Position numbers and translations under genes: made by a program. The notes under the pieces were generated by a model. That model saw only the letters and a program-made list of their open reading frames with translations, had not been told where the DNA came from and made no database searches. DNA of 64,000 nucleotides from the IMG/VR virus record IMGVR_UViG_3300025018_000135; one strand, given 5' to 3'. Origin of the DNA: an uncultured virus (IMG/VR IMGVR_UViG_3300025018_000135). Taxonomy: Duplodnaviria > Heunggongvirae > Uroviricota > Caudoviricetes. Below, piece after piece: positions 49,905-58,566 of this stretch. The number at the start of each line of letters is the position of its first letter. The stretch's first letter is position 1.

Positions 49905-50222
49905 ATGGACATTAAAACCAAGATCGAAGCGCGTCTTGAAAACAAAGCATCTATCAAAGATGAAAATTACTACGACGGTATGTTGTCAGATGTTCACAAA
50001 GAATTGAAAAAGATTTTTGGTGCCACGAAAGTAAAAGAAGGAAAGTTTTTAGCATTTAAAGACGAAGGTCTGAAAACCTACGTTGTTACTACTGGCTTTA
50101 ACGTAAAAGACTCTAATAAAGTAATGAAGCTGATTAGTAAGTATGGTATTAGGGAAGTAGAGTTTAATGCAGGTGCCAAAGGTGAAATGCACGTTGTTGT
50201 CCACTTCGACTTAAAAGACTGA
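49905..50222 (+). CDS. KIEARLE-leader protein, copy 2
   Basis: Identical to copy 1. Confidence 0.7.
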   Translation: MDIKTKIEARLENKASIKDENYYDGMLSDVHKELKKIFGATKVKEGKFLAFKDEGLKTYVVTTGFNVKDSNKVMKLISKYGIREVEFNAGAKGEMHVVVHFDLKD

Positions 50223-50232
50223 GGGAAATAAA

Positions 50233-50541
50233 GTGAGCGTCAAAGATAGGATTGAAGCACGTCTTGAAGAAACAGCAAAGTATGATATTAGTAAAGAAAA
50301 CCTTGAGAAAATTCGTAAGATAATCGGTAAGATGGTACTTGACACTCGTTCGGTTTCTTACTCAGGTATACACAAAACAGGCGATCATTCTTTTACAGTA
50401 AAAAAGCTTTCCAACACAATGACAGACTGGGAAGCTATTAAAACGGCTGAACAAAAAATTAATCGCCTCTTGGGGGAAACAGATATTAAAGTAATATTAA
50501 GCTTAGGGGACAAACAAGTTAATATCCTAGTCGTATATTAA
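50233..50541 (+). CDS. RIEARLE-leader protein
   Basis: MSVKDRIEARLEETA. Confidence 0.6.
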   Translation: MSVKDRIEARLEETAKYDISKENLEKIRKIIGKMVLDTRSVSYSGIHKTGDHSFTVKKLSNTMTDWEAIKTAEQKINRLLGETDIKVILSLGDKQVNILVVY

Positions 50542-50554
50542 ACTAAGGTGCTTT

Positions 50555-51391
50555 ATGAAAAAACTATGTCTGGTTTTTCTGTTAATGCTGTACGGGTGCG
50601 AACGGGATGCACAAGCTCCCGCGCATACGCTCACACACGCGCACGTACCTGCGCCCGCGCACGAGGCTTTTATTCCTGAAATAAAAACGATTAAGTTTAT
50701 CTTTCAAGATGACAAAGTAACAGAAAAACCAGAGCAAGCTGAATTACCTAAGAATGCTTACACTCACATTCCTGAATTGGCTAGAGTAATTAAGGAATTA
50801 GAGTACCCTATTTATTTGCCTCAGTTTGTTGCAGGATTAATTGAGCAAGAATCTTGTATTACTTTAAGGCACAGTCGTTGTTGGAGTCCGACCGCTGAGT
50901 TAAAGACAAGTCGTGAATATGGTTTTGGTTTAGGGCAAATAACAGTTGCGTATAATACAGACGGCTCAGAACGATTTAATATATTCAAGGAACTGAAAGC
51001 GCAAAAAGGTTTTGAGGATTGGGACTGGAATGATCGTTTTAATCCCAAGTATCAGATACGTGGAATAATTGTTAAGTTGAGAAGTACAGATAGTTTTCTG
51101 AAGTTTGAAAAAGCAGATGAATACGAAGCAATTGCTTTTTTATTGTCTGCTTACAATGGCGGTGCAGGTCACGTATTAAAAGATCGCCAGATTTGTTTAC
51201 GAAAAGAAGGTTGTGACCCTAGCAGATGGTTTGGTCACGTTGAACTAGATTCAGTTAAATCAAAAACTCCGCAACCTGCTTATGGTAATCAATCTTTCTT
51301 TCAGATTAATAGAAAGTATGCGCCTAGAGTTTTAGGTGAGCGTATGCACAAATATACATGGTACATGGAAAGTTTTTTAACTGAGGAATAA
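50555..51391 (+). CDS. Lytic transglycosylase (SLT-type endolysin) with lipoprotein signal
   Basis: Lipobox LMLYG-C; catalytic IEQES, GLGQIT, LSAYNGGAG. Confidence 0.85.
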   Translation: MKKLCLVFLLMLYGCERDAQAPAHTLTHAHVPAPAHEAFIPEIKTIKFIFQDDKVTEKPEQAELPKNAYTHIPELARVIKELEYPIYLPQFVAGLIEQESCITLRHSRCWSPTAELKTSREYGFGLGQITVAYNTDGSERFNIFKELKAQKGFEDWDWNDRFNPKYQIRGIIVKLRSTDSFLKFEKADEYEAIAFLLSAYNGGAGHVLKDRQICLRKEGCDPSRWFGHVELDSVKSKTPQPAYGNQSFFQINRKYAPRVLGERMHKYTWYMESFLTEE

Positions 51392-51497
51392 ATAATCAGG
51401 CTAATTTAATATCATAAGCAGAGCACGATTAACGTGATCGTGTCGTTTGAGAAATCAAACGTATATCATGTTGTAATTACAACGAGAGGAAATAAAA

Positions 51498-51794
51498 ATG
51501 TATACTGTTAAAAACAAAACCGGCGATATGGTTTCGGTTGGTGGTCTGGTACTGGAACCGGGCCAGTCTAAAACCGTTACTGTTTTAAATGCAGAATTGC
51601 AGGCAGCAACTACACTGGTAAGTATTACTCCTAGTGCGGCATCATCTTTGACTGCTCTTACTGATAGTTCTACTGGTACTTCAGGTGGTGCTACTATTGG
51701 TGCAGTTTCTGATGTTGCAACTGCTGCAAATGCTATTGCAACTCTGGCAGCTAATCAGAGTAACATTATTAGTTTTGTTGAATCACGTCTGTAA
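51498..51794 (+). CDS. Probable head fibre/decoration protein
   Basis: Ala/Thr/Ser-rich, LTDSSTGT.G...NAIATLAA; strong Shine-Dalgarno site. Confidence 0.45.
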   Translation: MYTVKNKTGDMVSVGGLVLEPGQSKTVTVLNAELQAATTLVSITPSAASSLTALTDSSTGTSGGATIGAVSDVATAANAIATLAANQSNIISFVESRL

Positions 51795-51850
51795 AATAAT
51801 AGGGAGAGTCGAAAGGCTCTCCCGTACCTATTTAAATAAAGGAGAAAAAA

Positions 51851-52330
51851 ATGTTAACGGTAACTAATCTAACACCAAACGTTCAATTTATTGGCAACGT
51901 TGGCATTGAACCTTTTGGTACAAAAACCGCAGAATTTAATGCCGCTGCTTTGCAAAGTGCTGTTAACAGTAGACTAGTACTAGTTAAAGCAACAGCAGAA
52001 ACATATCAAAGTTTAAGAAGTAAGATTGTTGAAGATTCTAGTACATCATACACACTAAAAGCAATTCATGAAAATACTTACCGTAGATTTACATCAGGCG
52101 ATCCAATTCAAGTAACTGTTAATAATTATACAGCAGAACAATTCGTTCCTGAGTCTCAGTTTCATTTTAAGCAAGCAGGTCTTGGTAAAATTACTTATGT
52201 AGCAGGAAGCGGCGTTACTATTAATACGTCAGAAACTTTAATTAGTAGAAAACAAGGAAGTGCCCAAACGCTTATTTATTTGGGTGATAATGTTTTTGAT
52301 TTAATTGGTGACTTAGAGGCAGCGCCATGA
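51851..52330 (+). CDS. Probable virion structural protein
   Basis: Q.G.G.IT.VAGSGVTIN...LIGDL, a beta-rich C-terminal domain typical of fibre-associated proteins. Confidence 0.5.
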   Translation: MLTVTNLTPNVQFIGNVGIEPFGTKTAEFNAAALQSAVNSRLVLVKATAETYQSLRSKIVEDSSTSYTLKAIHENTYRRFTSGDPIQVTVNNYTAEQFVPESQFHFKQAGLGKITYVAGSGVTINTSETLISRKQGSAQTLIYLGDNVFDLIGDLEAAP

Positions 52331-53391
52331 GTATTTTAGGAATTATCGCGAGTAGTTCTTCAAAAGCCGCGCCAATACCTGTGCCTGTGTGCAATGTAAT
52401 ATTAAACGGGGACGCCGCTGCGGGTGTTCCGGGAGTCTTAGTTCCAGACATAGATGGACAAAGTTTTAGTATTACAGACGCAGCACAAGGACTATATATT
52501 GCAGGAACGCCTCTTGCAGAATTACGCGCCATGCCAGCTTCTGGTAAAAGAGTGTGGATTGAAGGAAAAAATTTCTTAACGTCTAATCCGGGTTCTGGTT
52601 TAAACGTAAGAATAGGTTTTTCTGTTGTGTCGAATCTTGGTCAGTCATTAGGACTTGTACAGATCATAGGTGGAGGGGCTGAAGGAGAAAATGGTGTTGG
52701 TTCTATTCGCGTGGAGTCCATTACGGGTGCTTATACTTCTGTTAATGCAGTTTTACCGCAAGTTCAGAGTTCTTACAGTTTAGCTTTAGATTCTGAAGGT
52801 GAAATTTATTTTTACGACAGAGTTGCCGGCGAAGTCGTTGCAGCTTCTACTTTAAATCCGGGATTTAGTGGAATAGTTGCAGGTGCTACATTCCTTGTTG
52901 GAATTGGAATGATTGATGGGAGCGGAACGGCAGGGCCATTAACAGCTTCAGGAGATTTTGTAACGAGTCAGAATCTTATGACAGATAGATTAGCACTAGG
53001 AAAAGATGAAGACTGGTGCGGTAATTTAATTGTTGGTGCAACACCTTCTATGGTTGCTGGATATTTTAGTCTTGTAGTTGGTGAAAATCTTGCTGAAGCT
53101 TGGGGCTATCTAGTTTCTCAAGGAATAGGAAGTATAAGTGGTATTCCATTAGAAGGGTCTGTAATGCGCGGCCTTTATGTAGAAGCCTTTAATGGAAGCA
53201 TCACTCGCAGACTAGCAGAATTCTCTGGTGACGTTACAGCTATATTGGCAGGAAAGAGTTTTTATTTAAACGATACTGAGTATGCGTTAGGTGCAGTAAC
53301 TTATTATGCGGGGACAGACTACACTGAAGTTTTGCTCCCAACCATTCCAACCTTTATAGATGGTGTAACTTATACGGTGGACTTTATATGA
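52327..53391 (+). CDS. Probable virion fibre/receptor-binding protein
   Basis: Gly-rich, beta-rich, low in Lys; begins MSILGIIASS; overlaps the upstream stop. Confidence 0.45.
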   Translation: MSILGIIASSSSKAAPIPVPVCNVILNGDAAAGVPGVLVPDIDGQSFSITDAAQGLYIAGTPLAELRAMPASGKRVWIEGKNFLTSNPGSGLNVRIGFSVVSNLGQSLGLVQIIGGGAEGENGVGSIRVESITGAYTSVNAVLPQVQSSYSLALDSEGEIYFYDRVAGEVVAASTLNPGFSGIVAGATFLVGIGMIDGSGTAGPLTASGDFVTSQNLMTDRLALGKDEDWCGNLIVGATPSMVAGYFSLVVGENLAEAWGYLVSQGIGSISGIPLEGSVMRGLYVEAFNGSITRRLAEFSGDVTAILAGKSFYLNDTEYALGAVTYYAGTDYTEVLLPTIPTFIDGVTYTVDFI

Positions 53392-53858
53392 CTATAAAAA
53401 TTTTAGCCAACGAAGAAAAGCCCAGCAACATTATTGAAATAAAAACCAAAGGTTACGACGGCGGTAAAGACCTTTATAGGCTGTTTAAGTCACTAACTAA
53501 AAATACTTTCGTTATTGTTGATAAAGATGATTGGGACTGTTCAAAAGCATTTTTCTTCAATACACCTAAATTAAAATCTAGTTTAGAAGAATTTAAGATA
53601 GATAATCGTATAGTATTGGTAAATACAATTGAAACTACAGGAAATTTAATTCCAATTATCGAAATGACCTTGTATATTGAAAGTATAGGTGGTGTAGGTC
53701 ACAGTTTTGGAATTGAAACGTCTCACGGAGAAAAATTCGGTTGGGATGGTGACGGGGCTGACAGAGTTGTCGAAATAAAGTTAAACGGCAAAGTAATAAA
53801 TAACAGGTTAGAAGGTAAAAAACTTAGAGATCGAATATCTGAACTAAGGATAAGGTGA
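53388..53858 (+). CDS. Hypothetical protein
   Basis: G.GHSFGI...FGWDGDGAD motif. Confidence 0.5.
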   Translation: MTIKILANEEKPSNIIEIKTKGYDGGKDLYRLFKSLTKNTFVIVDKDDWDCSKAFFFNTPKLKSSLEEFKIDNRIVLVNTIETTGNLIPIIEMTLYIESIGGVGHSFGIETSHGEKFGWDGDGADRVVEIKLNGKVINNRLEGKKLRDRISELRIR

Positions 53859-53862
53859 TAAC

Positions 53863-54240
53863 ATGAAAGTATTAGCTGGAAAACGACCTGACGGTTTCCC
53901 TTCAAATTTATCAATAATGCCCAGAACACAATTATCTAGGGATATAAAAAGACTAATGGAATTAGACTTTAGTAAGAAAGCGCTTTTATGGGACGAAGGT
54001 GAACTTTACGACGGGTCAGAGTCATACAAGATAAGTCTATTCATACCAGTTATTCGTTTCTCGCCGACTAGAATGAATAAATTTGCCAACGGCATTAAAC
54101 AGTTGGCAGCTAAGAACGGCGCAAATATTAGCGTTGATAAAAATATAGCAGTAGAAATAAGACTCCCTGAAAAGCTAAAATCAAAAAAAGGAATTATGGT
54201 TTATATTACAGTTTTTAATTTTTCAGGAGACAAACAATGA
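53863..54240 (+). CDS. Hypothetical protein
   Basis: 125-aa ORF in the operon. Confidence 0.5.
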   Translation: MKVLAGKRPDGFPSNLSIMPRTQLSRDIKRLMELDFSKKALLWDEGELYDGSESYKISLFIPVIRFSPTRMNKFANGIKQLAAKNGANISVDKNIAVEIRLPEKLKSKKGIMVYITVFNFSGDKQ

Positions 54241-54413
54241 CCACGGAAAAAGAAACTAAAAAATTAGAACTGTGGCAAAAGTATGCGTTAGCTTTAGCTG
54301 GCGTACTAACGGCTCTGGGTTTGGTTATTGCAGCGGCTACAGGAACACTGGACAAGTTTAAAGATATGATGGATGTTCTTTCAACAGAACAAGTAGAGGA
54401 AGAAAAACAATGA
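54237..54413 (+). CDS. Small single-TM membrane protein (58 aa)
   Basis: Below the track cut-off. MTTEKETKKLELWQKYALALAGVLTALGLVIAAATG...; AGGAG Shine-Dalgarno site; ATGA overlaps at both ends. Confidence 0.7.
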   Translation: MTTEKETKKLELWQKYALALAGVLTALGLVIAAATGTLDKFKDMMDVLSTEQVEEEKQ

Positions 54414-55999
54414 AAGCACTTAATGTAGAAGTAGCATTTCAGGTTCCTGAGTGGTTTAAAGAAATGACACCGGAAATGCAAAAAGATTACTTGAAAAAAC
54501 ATCCTAATTCTAAATTGGCTAAACGCTTTGGAAAGAAACTTGAAACGGAAGTAAAAGAGAATCCATTTAAGGTTGAAGAAAATCCCAAAGCAAAAAAGAA
54601 AAAAGTAGAGAAAGAGAAACCTAATACTGTCCCTACTGGAAAAGACGCTGTAGATATTTTAGAGAAAGAAGGTTCACCTACGAACTTCAAGGGCCCGAAG
54701 ACTTCTAAGGATTCTTTGAGCGATAACCCGGTTAAAGAAAGGCAGATCGTTACTTTCTTAAAAAGGTTGGCTGACCTTTCGACGGACGCGAAAAAGAAAG
54801 GAAAAGCTGCTCCTAATTATGATTTATGCCAAGTGTCTATTCCGGGCACAAATCTTTTCTGTCGTGGAAATAAAGGAATTGAAAGACAAGACATGCCTCA
54901 GTTAAAAGGCAAGCCTGTTCCCGGTTCATGGGGAGACAAGAATCTTGAAAAAGACTCTAAAGGCGAAGTGGATGGAGAGGCATCTTTCAAAAAGATGTTG
55001 AAAGAAGAAGGTGTGCAGCTTAAAAATAAAAGAGTTGATGCTGCTAAATTAAGAGCAACACAAAAAGAATTAGTAGGTTCAAAAGTTGCAGGCATGTTAG
55101 AGGCTTTGAAAAAAGACCCTAAGAATGCAGGCATCACTGCGCCTATTTTCGTTTCAAAAGATGGTTATGTTTTAGACGGTCATCATAGATGGGCTGCAAT
55201 GGTAGGTTTGTCTATGGCCGATGGTCTGCCTAATCCTGTTAAAATGGATATTATTGAAGTTGATTTAGATATCAAAGCCCTTGTGAAAATGACTAATGAT
55301 TTTGCAGAAGAAATCGGCATTGCACAAAAGAAAGCACAAGCACGTTTACTTGCGGAAGCTAAGTTAGTTGTATTAGGTAGCTGCGGTTGCGGTTGTACTG
55401 AATTAAAAAAGAAAATTGAAGCTCGTTTGGAAACAGCAGGTGACGAAGACTTAGACGCACCTTCAATTACCAATGTGCAAAAGGATAGTATTGGTAATGA
55501 CGAACATACTCAATTTTATAAAGCTAAAGAGATTTTCAAAATCTTTTCAGATTACAAACTAAACAACTTTGAAATTGTATACGCCAACAACCAAAAAGAA
55601 GACTTTAATGTAAACAGCAGAGGTTTCACTGATCGCATTACTAATATTGAAAAATATCTTGTAGGGAAATCTAAGCGTGACATAAAAGTTGAAGACTTTA
55701 TTAAGCTTGCTTATGAGGAAGACTTAGAGCATGAAATTCGCAAGCTTGGATTTACGCCAGAGTCTTTTGGTAAGGCCGAAAAGTTTATCGACCCTGAAAA
55801 TATTAAAGCCACTCGTTGTATTGAAACTGGCTTTTACTATGACAAAGATAAAAACTACGGTTGTGTGTCTGTTGTAGCTTACAACGAAGAGAATGTAAGA
55901 CTTGAGGTTTATTTCTCTATTAAGTCTTCTGTTAAAAAGCTTGGTGGGTATTTAATGAAAGTGTGTTTCGCACTGGACTATTGTGAACAATATCTATAA
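54410..55999 (+). CDS. Multidomain protein with ParB/sulfiredoxin-like domain
   Basis: LRATQKEL...APIFVSKDGYVLDGHHRWAA; internal KKIEARLETA. Confidence 0.75.
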   Translation: MKALNVEVAFQVPEWFKEMTPEMQKDYLKKHPNSKLAKRFGKKLETEVKENPFKVEENPKAKKKKVEKEKPNTVPTGKDAVDILEKEGSPTNFKGPKTSKDSLSDNPVKERQIVTFLKRLADLSTDAKKKGKAAPNYDLCQVSIPGTNLFCRGNKGIERQDMPQLKGKPVPGSWGDKNLEKDSKGEVDGEASFKKMLKEEGVQLKNKRVDAAKLRATQKELVGSKVAGMLEALKKDPKNAGITAPIFVSKDGYVLDGHHRWAAMVGLSMADGLPNPVKMDIIEVDLDIKALVKMTNDFAEEIGIAQKKAQARLLAEAKLVVLGSCGCGCTELKKKIEARLETAGDEDLDAPSITNVQKDSIGNDEHTQFYKAKEIFKIFSDYKLNNFEIVYANNQKEDFNVNSRGFTDRITNIEKYLVGKSKRDIKVEDFIKLAYEEDLEHEIRKLGFTPESFGKAEKFIDPENIKATRCIETGFYYDKDKNYGCVSVVAYNEENVRLEVYFSIKSSVKKLGGYLMKVCFALDYCEQYL

Positions 56000-56009
56000 G
56001 GAGAATTAA

Positions 56010-57110
56010 ATGAAAGCGCTTGTCTCAAAACAAAAAGCAGATTACAGAAGTCAAAACGAACTATATCTATTCACAATAAACGATGCAGATACTTACAAAG
56101 CAATAGAACCTATTCTAAAAAAGATGGGTAAAGAATGTAATAAGTTGATTGCAGCTAATAAGTCTGTAGATAAAATGAACTTGACTCCTTACACTCAGGA
56201 ACTTATTAAGCACGTAGAACGTGCAGTACAAACATATCCTAAAGGTATGGACGTTGCTTTTTCTAAACTAGATATTCGACAAGTTGCAAAAGACATCGCA
56301 CGATATTATGCAAATGAGTTGTTTTATGTAATTCAATCGGAAAACGCCAGTGTTGAGGAAGCGAAAGCGCCTGAGTGGTTTGATAAAATGTCTAAAAAGA
56401 GTCAGGAAGATTATCTGAAAAAGAATCCTGACTCTGATTTAAAACGTTTTAAAAAGACTACGGACGCACCCAAAAAAGAAAAGAAGAAAAGCTTCAAACT
56501 AATCAACAAAGACATTCCTGCTATAGTTGCTTTAGCTGTAAAAATGTTGAAAGAAAAAGGCATGGATGCAGTTGAAGAAGACAAGATGACAGGATTGGTT
56601 CCAAGAATAATGGCGAAATTTACTCAGGACAAGCTGAAAGGTGATAGTTCTTTTTGGGACGATAACGATAAAGAAAGCGCTATGGAGAGAGTGGCTGGCA
56701 TTATCGTTAAAGAAGTCATGAAGTCTAAAGAAGAAAGTAATTTTTCTAACGTATCTCCGGTTGTTGTTTCAGGTCGAGACTTTAAAAGAGAGTTTCAGGC
56801 TCTAAGAGTTTTCTTCGGAAACATTCGAGTATTACGTCACCCTGTTTTAACTAATACGATGGTAATGTACTCCGGGAGAATCGGAACTCTTACTAGACCA
56901 ATGTTATTTAGAATTGAATCTGAGTTGAAGAAAATTGATGAAAACTGGCGCATGACTAATATTTGGAAAAATGATCCTATCTACACTGCGAATCCAGATA
57001 AGAGTCCTGACTATACTGGCTGTCAGTTTATGCTTAGGCGTGACAAAGAGAAAACAAAAATTATCAACATTGATATTCCGGGCATGTCTTTAATTACTAA
57101 GTTGGAGTAA
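56010..57110 (+). CDS. Multidomain hypothetical protein (probable virion internal protein)
   Basis: Contains the PEWFDKMSKKSQEDYLKKNPDS module. Confidence 0.55.
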   Translation: MKALVSKQKADYRSQNELYLFTINDADTYKAIEPILKKMGKECNKLIAANKSVDKMNLTPYTQELIKHVERAVQTYPKGMDVAFSKLDIRQVAKDIARYYANELFYVIQSENASVEEAKAPEWFDKMSKKSQEDYLKKNPDSDLKRFKKTTDAPKKEKKKSFKLINKDIPAIVALAVKMLKEKGMDAVEEDKMTGLVPRIMAKFTQDKLKGDSSFWDDNDKESAMERVAGIIVKEVMKSKEESNFSNVSPVVVSGRDFKREFQALRVFFGNIRVLRHPVLTNTMVMYSGRIGTLTRPMLFRIESELKKIDENWRMTNIWKNDPIYTANPDKSPDYTGCQFMLRRDKEKTKIINIDIPGMSLITKLE

Positions 57111-57113
57111 CAC

Positions 57114-57443
57114 ATGATAAGGAAAAAGATTGAAGCCAGATTAGAATCGTTTTCTGAAGTAAAGGACAAACTACAGAAGTGTAAGCTACCTGAAGAATAT
57201 AAGCAATACGCTTTAGAAAACATGACAAACTCTACAAGCTACAAAAAGAAGTTTGCTTTTAGTTTAAAACTACATCCTGACTTGACCAAAAAGATTAAAG
57301 AAAAAGGACTACGCAGTGGATTTGATATGGGGGTTTGCCCTGATGGATATTTTATCCATACTCACAGAGCAAGGAGTAAGGCGTATCCAACTCCTTCAGG
57401 GATAACCATAAAAGATATTAAGTTTATTAATTCAACAGGGTAA
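57114..57443 (+). CDS. KIEARLE-leader protein
   Basis: MIRKKIEARLES. Confidence 0.6.
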   Translation: MIRKKIEARLESFSEVKDKLQKCKLPEEYKQYALENMTNSTSYKKKFAFSLKLHPDLTKKIKEKGLRSGFDMGVCPDGYFIHTHRARSKAYPTPSGITIKDIKFINSTG

Positions 57444-57446
57444 CTT

Positions 57447-57562
57447 ATGAAAAAATTAGAAAGAAAATAGAAGCTAGACTAGAAAATATAATTCCTAAGA
57501 GTGAAGTAACAGTAAAGCAACATAGTGTTCCAGCAGGATCAAAAAGAAAAGAAAAGAAATAG
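57447..57562 (+). pseudogene. Frameshifted remnant of a KIEARLE-leader gene
   Basis: ATG-A6 leads to an early stop; one extra base gives MKKIRKKIEARLENIIPK... ending at TAG 57562. Confidence 0.55.
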
Positions 57563-57564
57563 TT

Positions 57565-57598
57565 AAAGGCCGCATTGTTAATTCAGTGCGGCTTTTTT
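57565..57598 (+). terminator. Intrinsic terminator ending the plus-strand block
   Basis: GCCGCATTG...CAGTGCGGC-T6. Confidence 0.85.
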
Positions 57599-57879
57599 AT
57601 TGCCTGAATTTCAGGCCCTTGGCAGGCGTGGCCAGAGGCCCGGACACGCCAGAATTGGTCAAAAAATGACCAATTCTAGAAGGCCCCGTAAGCCTCTAGG
57701 AGGCGGTTTAGGGTATGGGGAGCTAGTAGGGTACAGGGTAGGCACCAATCAGGCCCATTCTGGGCCGTCTGGTGTCTTGGCGGGGTGTCTGGGGAAGGGG
57801 TTTCTAGGTCACGTAGTTTGGGGAGGTGTCTTGTAGCAGAGGCACAAAACACCACGAGGCGGGGGCAAACGCTAGGCAC

Positions 57880-57904
57880 AAAAAAGGCGGGAATTTCCCG
57901 CCTT
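57880..57904 (-). terminator. Intrinsic terminator after tmk
   Basis: GGCGGGA-ATT-TCCCGCC with T6 on the minus strand. Confidence 0.85.
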
Positions 57905-57914
57905 GGTTTTTGCG

Positions 57915-58556
57915 TTATTTTTTTGACAAAATAATTTTCAACATTTCTTTTGCAATTTCGCTTGTTGTTAATTTTCCAGAATCAAAATTATGAATACGAA
58001 CCCCAGACTGGTTAGGGATATATTCACTGCGATCTCTTATAATAGAGTCTAGTTTTGCGTACTCCCTTCTAACGGCATAAACATAATCGGAATTTATTTC
58101 CATTACGTCCCTGTTTTTTTCTGAAAGTCTTTTATCTAAAGTTTCATTGTCTGTGTGTAAAAGGAAAAGAAAGTCTGGAGCAGGACAATCAAGAACAATA
58201 CTTCTAACAACCTGTGCAAGAAAACCTACACGGTTAACGTTCAATGCAAGGATTTGATGAATTAGCGTAGAGTAGTAGTAACGATCCGCAATGTAGATAA
58301 CACTTTTCGCGTCAAAAGCTCGTCCATCTGTTTGAATAAAAAAGTCTGCCGCGAATAAACAGAGTTCCTGAAACTTTGAAAGCCTTGTAGTTCTATGTAA
58401 TAAAGTTGTTCTAATTTTCTCTACCTTTGGAAAAGAAAGTAAAAAAGTTAAGTATGGGTTTTGTAGAGTCAGATTGTTCTCGATAATAAGTCTTTCTAAT
58501 TCTTGCTGTACAGAAGTTTTTCCTGAACCGTCAGGGCCTTCGATTACTACAAACAT
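57915..58556 (-). CDS. tmk: Thymidylate (dTMP) kinase
   Basis: FVVIEGPDGSGKTS, LFAAD, ADRYYYSTL.HQ, PDFLFLL. Confidence 0.9.
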   Translation of the reverse strand: MFVVIEGPDGSGKTSVQQELERLIIENNLTLQNPYLTFLLSFPKVEKIRTTLLHRTTRLSKFQELCLFAADFFIQTDGRAFDAKSVIYIADRYYYSTLIHQILALNVNRVGFLAQVVRSIVLDCPAPDFLFLLHTDNETLDKRLSEKNRDVMEINSDYVYAVRREYAKLDSIIRDRSEYIPNQSGVRIHNFDSGKLTTSEIAKEMLKIILSKK

Positions 58557-58566
58557 TCTTTTCTCC

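Larger units (their letters stand above)
49573..50232 (+). repeat. Exact 328-bp direct tandem duplication containing a whole gene
   Basis: 49573-49900 appears identical to 49901-50228; the two translations are identical. Confidence 0.95.

Noticed and set aside
57600..57879. ORFs 57600-57836 (+) and 57676-57879 (-)
   Set aside because: No Shine-Dalgarno sites, atypical composition, located between terminators; open frames are explained by high GC.
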